Virus record (IMG/VR): IMGVR_UViG_2029527005_000001 | Location: 6,183-70,182 of that record | Source of the DNA: a virus | Direction: 5' to 3' (one strand) | Length of the DNA stretch: 64,000 bases | Part shown: positions 26,298-37,074 of the stretch, in pieces | Layout of the letters: each line of letters starts with the position of its first letter | Numbering within the stretch: the first letter of the stretch is position 1 | Translations under genes and position numbers: made by a program | Notes under the pieces: generated by a model | What the model was told of the DNA's origin: nothing | Database searches by the model: none | Seen by the model: only the letters and a program-made list of their open reading frames with translations

Positions 26298-29170
26298 TTA
26301 CGTATCGCGGATAACGTCTTTATAACGGAAGAAGTTTGTCGCGCCCAACTCGCTACCGTCATTCTCCACGAACGGGATCGTCGCACCTTTACGTGTGCTA
26401 CTAATGAGGTGTTTGTCCAGAACAATGAAACTACGGGTATAACGCACCCCGGTGCCGTCATTGTCGTAGCCGATCATGATCGCGTTGTTATCGGGTTTCT
26501 GTTCCGCATCGTAACGATTCAACTCAATGATACCGGTGTTCTCTTCCAGGTAGAAATAACTCGGCCAGGTAGAGTACGCCAGTTCATGCGTTTCATCCAC
26601 CGAGATGCCCACACCGTTGATTACACAGCGGTAGCCTTCAGGAATGATAACCAGCTTCTGATTCGACAACTGGTAGGGTTTAAACGTCACCGAGGTATCA
26701 CGCACATTGGTTAACACCACATCAGACACAATGGGGGTTGTACACTGGAACAAGCCAACACGTGGAATCAAGGTCAGTGGATAGTGATCATCTGCAACGT
26801 CAAAGAACTCGGTACCTGCAAACGCTTTAGCCGGCACTGTGGCAATCGGTTTCAGCGTAGGTGTGGTAGCCAGGAAGTTATCGGTCGAGAAGGTCACATC
26901 ACCGCTCATGTCGTTCCATGGACGGTTCAAACCAAACACCCACTGGTTGTCACTGACTTTATATGCCAGCAAATCACAGTGGCGAGAATGCAGTCCATCG
27001 TTGCTCTGACTGACGGCATTGCCTTTGGTCGGCGTGGTTAGCTGCGATACCACGGTAAGCGCAGTATCGGTTTTCAGCCCCAGGGTCAGGGTGTTACCGC
27101 TCAGGGTATAGGGAACGATCGCTGCATGCACAATGGCACATCCGTCACTCCACCAACACACTGCGCGTTGACCATTGACCACAAACACGCCCATGTTCGG
27201 AGACAGCGGATACTGGCTCTGCTGACCGTTATAGGTCTGCTGTACCACAGCGGCTTTTGCAGCCTCTGATGCTTTCAAACGCATCACAATCAGGGAGTTT
27301 GCCGACAGTGTGACTTTGCCCCCCAACACCACGGCTCCGGCAGCGTAGTTAAACGAACTGTAACCAGTGTAGTCATTGCGGCTGGTAAAGTTCAACGCGC
27401 TCATCGTTACCCCGCCCGTTACCGAGGACATCGAACACAACGCATCAGGCAGTGTGGTCACCAGATCACGTTCAGTAATCAGATCAGGGCGAGTAATACC
27501 GTAGATCTTGGACGTGCTATCGTACTGCGTGTTGCTTCCGGTTTGCCACTGCAGCTCTTTGTGTTTGTAACCAAAGCGATCCACCGCCAAGCAGTAGCTA
27601 AGGTAGCTAACCTGATTGGTGTCTTGCGACAACGGCAGAATACGCTCCGGCATTTCACCCAGAGAGAAGTGACGCGTTGGCACAAACATCTGCGTTACGC
27701 TGTCCTTCACTGGTCGACTCAGCTCTGGGTTCTCCAGCAGCGGAATCACACCCTTCATGTCAGTGGGCGACACTTTGATGCGCAGACAGGTTGGGGTGGT
27801 GTAACCGTTTAAGATCAAACCGTTGTTGTTGATCACGCCCGGGTTCTTCACCAGGTTCAACAGGTTCGTGGGGTCGTTGTCTACCAACCACTTACTGTTT
27901 GCCAGATCCGCTTCGGTGAAGATGCGGTCTTTGCTGAACCCTTTCAACATGTCAATCGCACCGGTATCCGCAATAACCAGTTTGCCTGGGTGCACAGATT
28001 CCGTGAACGTAAAGACCTTCTTGAAGCTCTTGCCGTTGATGGTTAGGGTTACCGGTATGCTGATGTTCATCAAGAACTCCAGGTTCAGGTAACGCCAATC
28101 TGCACTGATGGTGGGTTGCTCGCCGGCTTTGAGATCCACGGTCAGCGTCACACCCGCACCCAGATTAAAGAAGTCCGCCAAAGTCATCGTACGCGTTTTG
28201 TTGATGCTGTCGTTAACGTTGTTCATGTTAACGGTGTTGTACGTGGCCTTGTAGCTGCTGCTTACAATCTGTGTGATGGTGGGGTTGGACTCCGGATCGT
28301 TAACACCGAAGAAGTAGTGACCGACGCTCAGCACGTTGTTCGCGTAGCTGGCGCTCAGCAAACACCCTTTGTGGGAGATATCACCAAACGTAGAGCTCAG
28401 TACCACGAAGAAGTTACCAGAACCTGGCACACTGCTTGCGTAGTTATAGATGCCCTTGTTTGCCAATGGACGGAAGATGCCGATGCGACCTTTGTTGTCC
28501 AAGGCACCTTTCATGTTCCAGCCCGCCCCCAATACAGCGTAGAGATTTGACGCTCTTCGTTGAGGCCAATGCTCGACCCCATCTTCACGGTATCTGAATA
28601 GTACAGCGAATAGGGTCCTGCGTTGTTGGCAGGGTACTGTGGGGACACGATTACACGGTCACCGTTCATGATCAGGGTTACCGGTGCTTTCTTAAAGAAC
28701 AGCGGATTACCCGGGTCTTTGGCAGCACGGTCAAACTGATCAATGTGGTGCAGGGCTGCAAACGGCATGCGTACGTTTTGCTGGAAGTCAGTGGCGTTGA
28801 ATCCGCTCACAGACTGCTTGATAGCCGCGTTCATACCTGCGGGCGTAACAAACGCATCGTCCACAAACTTCAGGTGATCGTTGGTGGTAGCGGTACGGAA
28901 GTTATCCACCTTTTCTCGATCAATGGTTTCTGCGGTTTCACCATGAACCGGTCCCGTTAAAGCAATGTGGGCGTCAACCGGCGCACCGCATTCAGCAATA
29001 AAGTTACCCACTGCCTGAGCGATGTACGTGAGGTTAGCGCTGGTCTGATCATCGGAACTGTCTTGTCTCTGCTCGATCTTGCGACGGAGATTATTGAGGC
29101 TTGACAGCAACGAACCAAATCGCGGTTCGGGATCTTCAATGACCGGACGTTCCCCACCGATAATGATCAT
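26298..29170 (-). CDS. tail/baseplate fibre paralog 3, interrupted by a -1 frameshift near 28526-28535
   Basis: ORFs 28511-29170 and 26298-28532 join to ~957 aa if one base is added. They carry the N-terminal HG..A....KVDNFRTAT motif and C-terminal ISSTRKGATIP motif shared with the two upstream paralogs. Confidence 0.75.
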
Positions 29171-29209
29171 GAGAACTCCTTGTGGGGAGGTCACCCTCCC
29201 CGATTAAGA

Positions 29210-32200
29210 TTAACTGCTTGGCAGGTCGTGCTGGTACACGTAGCTCAGTGTACCTTCATCCATAGGCATGCCGATCGATACCGGAATAGAACCCGCTTTA
29301 CGAGACGTTGACAGAATAGCATCGCCGATCATAAAGGTAGAGTAACGTTCAATGGTAAGGATCTGCTTGTCATTGGTCACGATCTTAGCAGCTGGAATCA
29401 AACTTAAGTTGTGGCGGATACGTTTACCAGAAACAATGTAGTACGCCGTGTCACCGTAACAGGTCACGTAGACGTAGAACGTTTTGTTAGCAGGTGCCGG
29501 GTCAATATCGCGCAGGTCTACCGTACCGGTTGGAGCGTCATACGACGTGCCATTGATCACCAGTTTGGTACCATCTTTAAAGTAGATGATCCATCCGCTG
29601 TCAGGATACACCGATGCCAACAAATAGTTCTGATTGTTGACATTGGCAATCATTACCGCGGCTCCAGTGTAACTGCGGTCATACTGTGTTCCGTAACCCA
29701 CACGTGGGATTACTGGCAACGTCTCTTCCCGACCATAACCTGTTCCACGCCAACCCTGTGACACAAAGTTCTGTGAACTGACATCCCACACGTAATCAAA
29801 GGACGGGGCGTAAGCGCCACCCGGAACACTGATCATCCAACCCGTGTGCAGTTTCACCGCATACTGGTTCCCTTGCTTATAGAAGGGCCAGTGGTTACTA
29901 CCGCCCTGCGTTGGAATGTAGATGTTACGGTTGGTACCCTGACGTTTATCTCGCCAAACCGAACTTTGGCGTACCAATGTGGGGTTAGACAGTTGAATCA
30001 CTGGAACGCCCACCGCACCCGTGGTATACGTCGCCTGTTGCAAGTTCAATGCAATAACCTGTCCCATGATCATGGACTTATCAATATCTGAGTAACCCAT
30101 GATCTGCGCAAAGCACGGCAACCCTGCTGCCAACGAAGTAGTTGCCTGCGCCTGATAAGGGACAAACACTTTTATCACCGCATACGTCATTTGTGCTGCT
30201 TCGGTAACAAACATCGCCTTGATTTGATTCAGGACAGCCGGAGAGATAGCGTAGTAAGAGGTCGGAGCCACCGTCATGTTCAAGGTGTCGTCATTATAGA
30301 CTTTGTTGAACGTACGGATAGCGCCGAACAGTGAATCAATCCATAGGCTAATGCCCGGAGAGTTCGGCATTTGCTGCTGCCAGCCACCGTTGGTATACAA
30401 ACACTGGAACACCGACGCGGACATGTCTCCGCATTCCACACCGGCTGCATCCAGTGCAGCGCTGTCACCAGTAAACATTGCCATCGGGTAGTTGAACCCG
30501 ACGTTGGTTGTATACACCGTGTTTACCAGAGGACGACCCAACAAGTTACCTAATTTCACGTTGGTCAATCCTGGACGTGAAGCATAACCGCCGCTGACTT
30601 TGCGGTAGATATTAACTTGGTTCTGCCCTCCTTTATCCCAGCAGGGCACGAACTCACCTTCACGATCCCAGACAGGATGGAGAGCACTGGTGCCTTCAGC
30701 AGTGGGTGCTGCTACAGCCTGATTGGTACGGGTGTAAGTAATGTTTGAGTTCAGCAAGTGGGTTTTAACACCGTCTGCTGCATTACTGGCCGCGGTGACA
30801 GCCACACCCAATTGCATCGGGAAGGTAGTCGTGGAGTTCTGAGACACCACGTAGATGTAATCACCGGTCGGCAACACTACTGCGGCACACGCAAAGTCGA
30901 TCCCCACGGATTGGTCTACAAAAGAAACGCTTTCCGCATTAGGAGGATAAACTCCACTGGTCGTATCCGCCGTGACTATCGGTGAACTGTCCAACAGCGT
31001 CATCTGCCCATTGGTTACATTCAACCGATACGCGAACTGGAAGTTCATGTAGAAGTTAGTCTGCGGTACTCGTTGGTCATCGAAAATAAACGGGCGTAGA
31101 TGGAAACGCATCACCAGCACGTCTGTAGACTCTTCCGCAAAGAAAATTGGATCTGAAAAACGGTAAGAGATTGCGCGAGTTACCGGGCTGAAATTCCACA
31201 GATAACGAGTGATCATGCCGTTTGCATCGCGAGCAGTTTCATCTGGATAGAACCACTGCTGACCATTCTTTACTCGTCCCGCTAAGTCGGTGTAGTTAAC
31301 ATTCAACAGAGACGGTGTTAACACATTACCTTGACCCAATGAGGATTTCGGTATGCGGTAGAAAGCCTGTCCGTTACTGCCACTGTCCGGCGTGCCGGCA
31401 CAGATAATGATCCAGTTCTTTGTACTCATTACCGTGTTTGGATAGTAGCTCTGCTGGAAATCCTGATGAGGAATTCCACTAAGGTTAATCTCCGTGAACA
31501 CGTGAGTTGCGGGATTAAGTGTGCCGTTGGTCAGTGACACCCACCATTTGTTCTTGGAGGAATCACCTACCACCAACACGTCTTGTCCTGAACCACGGAT
31601 TACCGTATCCAACACATAACCAGCAGCTTTGAGTTGCGGGTTCTCGTACTTAAAGCCTGTAAACAACAGGTTAGGGCGAGAAGCCTTATAGTCGTCAATG
31701 TAGCTGAAATACAACGCTTTTACACGACCATCAAAGTGACGCTTGATCATCATCACACGACCGTTGTTTTCTAAACAGATCGCCGCCATGTTGGTGTCAG
31801 TTCCGATACCCTCAAAGCTCCCGTCAATAACCGGAGGAAGGTAGTCAGACGATCCCAGCATTGAAATAGGGAGTGTCCCGTTCTTCATCAGACCCGATGT
31901 ATCTGGTGTCTGTTTCTGCACAGCCTGGATAGCGCCCGCAGGAGTAGAGAACAGATCAGCACGTGTTCCGTCAATATCCTGCTGAACCGTGGCAGTTGCA
32001 AAGTTATCCACGTTACCCAACAGCAAGTCAAACGCAGTAACGTGATGCGGGTTACTGTAGTTGCTGCCGTGCACGGCGAGCTTGTTGTTGACCAGATTGT
32101 ACTGAGCAATTAGCTTGTCCAGGACGTCGCGCACGTTATCGTAGATCTCTTCCATGTTTTGCTGCGTGCGGACTTGGCGTTCTGCAACAGCCAACACATA

Positions 32201-32689
32201 GCGACAGAACATTACGATGTCATCCCAACCCAACAGCTCTTCTGGCAGGTGCCAGTGTTCACTGGGTGGCAAGGTGTCAGGAATCTGAATGACCTTGCTC
32301 CAGGGGATAGACTCTGCGCCATGAATAATCGCCTGCAGCTGTTCTTCCAGCGTGGAGCGTGGGAGATAAGACACACCCACTGAGTGGTAGCTGATCACTA
32401 GATCGTCGTACTGCTCCAACAGTTCAGCGTCCAGCTCAATAAAGGTGTTCATATCCAACCCGGTGATCTCAATCAGGGGCATGGGTTTAAAGCACTCTTT
32501 CCAACCTGTTTTCACAAGTTGTCCATCCGAGGTTTTGATCTTTACTGAACCTGCGACAAAAGGAGCACCGTTGGGAACAATCCAGGGACAGGTTTTATCG
32601 GTAAGTTTCTGAACCTCATCTTTTATATCGTTATTGGTATTTGTCCCATGCGGATCAAACGCCAAGTTTGGCCACATTTCAATAAACAT
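29210..32689 (-). CDS. tail/baseplate fibre paralog 2
   Basis: 1159 aa; NPHHVTAFDLLLGNVDNFATAT, PPVIDGSFEGIG, AICLE..G and C-terminal LSTSRKAGSIP. Confidence 0.8.
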   Translation of the reverse strand: MFIEMWPNLAFDPHGTNTNNDIKDEVQKLTDKTCPWIVPNGAPFVAGSVKIKTSDGQLVKTGWKECFKPMPLIEITGLDMNTFIELDAELLEQYDDLVISYHSVGVSYLPRSTLEEQLQAIIHGAESIPWSKVIQIPDTLPPSEHWHLPEELLGWDDIVMFCRYVLAVAERQVRTQQNMEEIYDNVRDVLDKLIAQYNLVNNKLAVHGSNYSNPHHVTAFDLLLGNVDNFATATVQQDIDGTRADLFSTPAGAIQAVQKQTPDTSGLMKNGTLPISMLGSSDYLPPVIDGSFEGIGTDTNMAAICLENNGRVMMIKRHFDGRVKALYFSYIDDYKASRPNLLFTGFKYENPQLKAAGYVLDTVIRGSGQDVLVVGDSSKNKWWVSLTNGTLNPATHVFTEINLSGIPHQDFQQSYYPNTVMSTKNWIIICAGTPDSGSNGQAFYRIPKSSLGQGNVLTPSLLNVNYTDLAGRVKNGQQWFYPDETARDANGMITRYLWNFSPVTRAISYRFSDPIFFAEESTDVLVMRFHLRPFIFDDQRVPQTNFYMNFQFAYRLNVTNGQMTLLDSSPIVTADTTSGVYPPNAESVSFVDQSVGIDFACAAVVLPTGDYIYVVSQNSTTTFPMQLGVAVTAASNAADGVKTHLLNSNITYTRTNQAVAAPTAEGTSALHPVWDREGEFVPCWDKGGQNQVNIYRKVSGGYASRPGLTNVKLGNLLGRPLVNTVYTTNVGFNYPMAMFTGDSAALDAAGVECGDMSASVFQCLYTNGGWQQQMPNSPGISLWIDSLFGAIRTFNKVYNDDTLNMTVAPTSYYAISPAVLNQIKAMFVTEAAQMTYAVIKVFVPYQAQATTSLAAGLPCFAQIMGYSDIDKSMIMGQVIALNLQQATYTTGAVGVPVIQLSNPTLVRQSSVWRDKRQGTNRNIYIPTQGGSNHWPFYKQGNQYAVKLHTGWMISVPGGAYAPSFDYVWDVSSQNFVSQGWRGTGYGREETLPVIPRVGYGTQYDRSYTGAAVMIANVNNQNYLLASVYPDSGWIIYFKDGTKLVINGTSYDAPTGTVDLRDIDPAPANKTFYVYVTCYGDTAYYIVSGKRIRHNLSLIPAAKIVTNDKQILTIERYSTFMIGDAILSTSRKAGSIPVSIGMPMDEGTLSYVYQHDLPSS

Positions 32690-32730
32690 GAAAACTCCTG
32701 GGGGAGAGTTGTCCCCTCCCCGTTAAAAGG

Positions 32731-35700
32731 TTAGTCTTGAATAATTTCAGGTGTACGAATCCACGCCATCTGACCTTCCTCTGTAATTGCGCCCGCTACT
32801 GCCGGTATCGCACCACCACGTTTCACTTCACTCACTCGAGCACCGTTCATCAACAGCGCATTAAAGCGAGTGATATCAATGATCTGCGTGGCGTTGGTGG
32901 TTACAGACCCAATCCAGATATTGTAAATCGTATCAAAGGTTTTTGTTTCACTGATGACATAGGTCGCCACCCCATTAACCAGCCGAGCGTACAGATAGAA
33001 TACTGTATTGCTCGGATTGCTTTTAATAGAGCGAAGATCCACAGCCCCAGAACCAAGCTGGTAACTTTTGCCGTTGAAGATGACATCAATATCCGTTTGG
33101 AAGAACACAGTCCAGGCCGGGTCAGGGTAACAGGAGATCAAACCGTAGACTGTACCATTGGCGTTCACGAGTTCCACAGTAGCGCCAGATACGTTGGGGT
33201 TGTATTTACTTCCAACGCCAACTTTGGGAATTAGCACCTGGTTATTAGCGCCTTCCCAAGTCTGGTTATAACCCTGCATGACATTACTGATAGCTTGGGT
33301 GGTGGTGTCAACAGTGAACACCGTGCCGCAACGCGCTGAGTTACCAACCTGACTAGTGGAATAGAGCGTATTAAACACCACACGGATGGTATTGCCGCTG
33401 TAGTACAACCCCACCACGTTCTCACCTTGACCATCACTACCGTAGCCTACTGGCCAGCCCGCAGCAGTCAGAGCAGTTTGTGAGTTGTTGGACATCACGT
33501 CCCCGCTGCTGATCACAGAGAACCCTGTAACAATCCAGTTGTTCGCATTACTGGTGTTGTAGGTTACGCGCAGTGTTGCCACGGCATGACGACGACTCTG
33601 ACCTGCGATATCACCATAAACCACCTGCACCAGGATCGGTTTGGTTCCCACTTTGCTGTTGGTAATGGAACTTACATCAGCGATGGAAACAAACGTGTCA
33701 GGTGTGTTGCGGTAGGCAGCCGGCACCAATGCATTAGCAATCTGGCGAACAATCGCATCCGGGTAAGTGATAAACGCTGTGGGTAAAAAGTTCCAGTCAG
33801 TGCTGTTGATCTTGAAGTTATTATTGGCGCGCGCCAGTACAATGCTGCGGTCACTTTTGTTGACGGCTGACCAGGCACTGTGTGGATTGCTCCAAATACG
33901 TCCCTCTACACCAACCCCTAAAGACGTGTCACCAAAGTTCAAACCCGTGTTGCTCAGGAATGTGCTGTCGCCTGTCACACTCAGGCGCGGCTGACCATAG
34001 TTAATTCCTGTTTTGTAAACAGCATTACTCAGTGGGCGTGAATAAATGTTGTTGACATCCAGGTTGGTCATGCTGCTGCGCACGCTGTATTCACCGCTGA
34101 CTTCACGGAAGAAGATCTCACGACCTGCATTAGAATACTTGGTCACCGCATTGAAGAACTCGCCAGCTCCCGACCAACTTACCGCAGTAGGATAAATTGA
34201 ATAAGGTAATGGCGAAGCGATCGCTTCTGTGCTATCCCTGATAACCATGTTAGGGAAGTTCCCGATCTCAAGCCGTTTCGACAATGTCTCATATGGAGAT
34301 TTGGCGCCTGAAGCAATCAACGTACATGAGTGCGGTGTGCGGAACGCTGACGCTGTAGAAGATACCAGCAAGTTACCATCACTAAAAGGCATGGTGCAGT
34401 TTTGTGCAAACCGCTGCGTCATGTAGCTGCTTTCCCAACCCCCCCAATAATCCTGCAGCTGCTGGTCAATGGTTAACGGGTTGCTGGAATCAATAGTGGG
34501 GGATGCTTTCGCCGCCACCTGCACCATGTTCCCCGAGAACACGTTGAACTCATAGGTCAGCTCATAGGTGTGGCTAAATGAATACACACCTCTTGTGCTA
34601 TCAAAACCTGGGTTCCAAGAGTGACTCAGGAATTTCAACAAGAAGATGCCTGGTCGGTTGGGAATGGCGCAGGAAATGCTGGCTGCGGTACGATAGAATG
34701 TGCTGTTAACCGCTGTCAGGTTAATGCCCTTGGTAAACTTATTCACCAAACGCGTCACCAACCCATTGCCATCACGCTGAATCTCCGCCCACACAAAGTA
34801 GTCGTTGTTGGTAAAGCTACGACCATCTTGGTTAGTAAACGTCAGCTTCATCGGGGTGGGTGTCAGGGTATTGCCCGACACAAAGCTGTTTTTGGGAATA
34901 CGCCAGATACGACGATGGCTGCGACCCAAAGCTTCCCCGCCGGTAGGGTCATCCATGGCCTGGATTACAATGACGTAATCGCCCATGAGATGCACGGACA
35001 AATAGTCTGTTTGCAGATAACCCTGATTAAAGCCAGAGACATCCAGTTCACACATGACATGGTAGTTCGGATCCAACGTACCATTTGTCAAGGCAATGAA
35101 CCAGCGACGAGTACGGGTGCTTCCCACCAACAACACTTCCCCACCAGAACCCTGTGCCACCACATTTGGAGTCTGGCTCTTGGCCGTGATCACCGGATGG
35201 GTGTAGCGGAAACTCTGGTAGTTCATTTTCAGATTGTTAGGGTATCCAGTAATGATGCTGAAATAGAGCCCCTCGCTCCGCCCGTCAAAGTGGTTAGAGA
35301 GATAGCTGATTGTGCCGTCACTCTCCAAGCAGATTGCCGCGCCCTCATGCTGCGAACCCAAGCCCTCAAAGCTTCCACCGATAGCAGGAGGAATAAAGGA
35401 CGTGTTGCCGTAAAAACTGATCGGCAGGACGTTACTCTTTAAGAACGCGTCGCTGTTGTAACCGTAACGGTTAATGATCTGCTCCAGCGAGCTGGGCGTC
35501 AAACGCATGTTAGGAGTGCCGTTAAGAGCCTGGTCCAGAGATGCAGTGGGGATGTTATCCACTTTATCCAGTGCCACTTGCGCTGCGGTTAAGCCATGCT
35601 CGTCAACCTGTTCTTTGTGTCGTTTCAGCGCGTTCTTCACAATAGCGGAGTTACGATCAAAGTAGTTCTTCACCAGGTTGGTTTGTGCTTTTAAGGCAAT

Positions 35701-36231
35701 GGGGCTGATCGCAGGCGAGACTTTATCCAATCCAGCTGCCCATGCGTCGATAACACCGATCACGTCCTGGAACAACACCATGTCGTACGGCAGCAGGTGC
35801 GTGTGCAGTTTGGGGTCAAACACCACGGGCTTGTGCTTGATGTTTGGCCACTTGATGAGACGTTGGTCATTTGCCGCTGAGTTAATTAACTCAATCAGCG
35901 AACGATCAAACAGTGGTGAACTGCCAACCGCGTGATAATCGCAATAGACGGTTTTGATCTTGGTGTCAATCATTTCCACCAACGCCGCCACGCCTGTGGC
36001 ACACAGCGCAGAGAGCTGACCCATCATGCGAAAGATCCGGTAGTCAGTGCCTTCTACCAGCTCCCGACCTGTTGCATCACGCAGCGTTAACGACTTCATG
36101 AAGAACGGGGCATGACGAGGCACAAATACGTTTTGCTCATCGCCTAATACATAGCGTTCGTTGGGGATCTTGTTGACCTCGAACTCTTGATTAATGTCGA
36201 GCTTGAAATCTCGAATGATGGGGTAATTCAT
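32731..36231 (-). CDS. tail/baseplate fibre paralog 1
   Basis: 1166 aa; HGLTAAQVALDKVDN, PPAIGGSFEGLG, AICLE.DG and C-terminal VSEVKRGGAIP. Confidence 0.8.
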   Translation of the reverse strand: MNYPIIRDFKLDINQEFEVNKIPNERYVLGDEQNVFVPRHAPFFMKSLTLRDATGRELVEGTDYRIFRMMGQLSALCATGVAALVEMIDTKIKTVYCDYHAVGSSPLFDRSLIELINSAANDQRLIKWPNIKHKPVVFDPKLHTHLLPYDMVLFQDVIGVIDAWAAGLDKVSPAISPIALKAQTNLVKNYFDRNSAIVKNALKRHKEQVDEHGLTAAQVALDKVDNIPTASLDQALNGTPNMRLTPSSLEQIINRYGYNSDAFLKSNVLPISFYGNTSFIPPAIGGSFEGLGSQHEGAAICLESDGTISYLSNHFDGRSEGLYFSIITGYPNNLKMNYQSFRYTHPVITAKSQTPNVVAQGSGGEVLLVGSTRTRRWFIALTNGTLDPNYHVMCELDVSGFNQGYLQTDYLSVHLMGDYVIVIQAMDDPTGGEALGRSHRRIWRIPKNSFVSGNTLTPTPMKLTFTNQDGRSFTNNDYFVWAEIQRDGNGLVTRLVNKFTKGINLTAVNSTFYRTAASISCAIPNRPGIFLLKFLSHSWNPGFDSTRGVYSFSHTYELTYEFNVFSGNMVQVAAKASPTIDSSNPLTIDQQLQDYWGGWESSYMTQRFAQNCTMPFSDGNLLVSSTASAFRTPHSCTLIASGAKSPYETLSKRLEIGNFPNMVIRDSTEAIASPLPYSIYPTAVSWSGAGEFFNAVTKYSNAGREIFFREVSGEYSVRSSMTNLDVNNIYSRPLSNAVYKTGINYGQPRLSVTGDSTFLSNTGLNFGDTSLGVGVEGRIWSNPHSAWSAVNKSDRSIVLARANNNFKINSTDWNFLPTAFITYPDAIVRQIANALVPAAYRNTPDTFVSIADVSSITNSKVGTKPILVQVVYGDIAGQSRRHAVATLRVTYNTSNANNWIVTGFSVISSGDVMSNNSQTALTAAGWPVGYGSDGQGENVVGLYYSGNTIRVVFNTLYSTSQVGNSARCGTVFTVDTTTQAISNVMQGYNQTWEGANNQVLIPKVGVGSKYNPNVSGATVELVNANGTVYGLISCYPDPAWTVFFQTDIDVIFNGKSYQLGSGAVDLRSIKSNPSNTVFYLYARLVNGVATYVISETKTFDTIYNIWIGSVTTNATQIIDITRFNALLMNGARVSEVKRGGAIPAVAGAITEEGQMAWIRTPEIIQD

Positions 36232-36243
36232 GCGGTTGCCTTA

Positions 36244-36987
36244 TTATAAGCTCAGTTGACCATTGGCGAGGCGTTTCAGGACTTCTTTCAGCACACCCAT
36301 GGTAATAAAGAGATTAGGGTTTTTGCCGTCGATGTCGTTGTTGGTCGCCGTAGCAAAGTTATCGACATTGCCCAAGCCCACCATGGATTTGTCTGCCTCG
36401 TGAGCAGCAGTGAGGTCAGCTTCAAGGTGTTTGTTTAACAATGCCAGAATGGTGTTAGGATCGCTGGTTTTCACCGTGATGATCTGACGCAGCAGCGCCA
36501 TCATGTCATACACGTTGTAGACGAGGTTTACTGGGTGTTCATGCGGATCAGCAGGCCATTCGGTCGGCACACCCACAAAGTCTTCCCAGAACGCTTCACG
36601 GTCGTGGTTCATGATATTAGCCACGAACTCAGCGTACTTTATCTCATCCAGAACAAACGGACCGCCTACGGTGTTGTAACGCACCACGTATTGTCCGTTG
36701 TTTGGTGCCGGCACCACCAGTGCGCTTAACACGTTGATCTGGTACTTTTTGATAAAGACGTCAAACGGGTTGGCTAACGCTGCCTGGTTACCCAGGGTCA
36801 GACGAGTACCGGTAATGGTGCCGTCTTGGTTAACGGTAGCGTTGCTGTACAGCTCAAAATCGTTTAAGAAAAACGGTGCTGCACGAGGAATATAAAGGTT
36901 GCGGTCAGCGGTCAAAGTAAATGACTCAGTCACGCGGTTATTGCTGTTACTGTTGTACGGATTGAACGGATACGTAATCTGTGCCAT
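36244..36987 (-). CDS. virion fibre-attachment/baseplate protein
   Basis: 247 aa. Shares YIPRAAPFF, WP..PHEHP and VGLGNVDNFATAT with the fibre N-termini. Confidence 0.7.
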   Translation of the reverse strand: MAQITYPFNPYNSNSNNRVTESFTLTADRNLYIPRAAPFFLNDFELYSNATVNQDGTITGTRLTLGNQAALANPFDVFIKKYQINVLSALVVPAPNNGQYVVRYNTVGGPFVLDEIKYAEFVANIMNHDREAFWEDFVGVPTEWPADPHEHPVNLVYNVYDMMALLRQIITVKTSDPNTILALLNKHLEADLTAAHEADKSMVGLGNVDNFATATNNDIDGKNPNLFITMGVLKEVLKRLANGQLSL

Positions 36988-37074
36988 TTCAGCCTCTGAT
37001 TAAATTCTATGTTAAGTCTATTAAAGGGGAATGAATTCATAAAATCTCCCCAACCTCACAGAAAAGGGAAATGC

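Noticed and set aside
25059-36987. Diversity-generating retroelement or invertase-driven fibre switching
   Set aside because: No reverse transcriptase or recombinase is present, and I saw no near-identical TR/VR nucleotide repeat or inverted crossover sites in the window.
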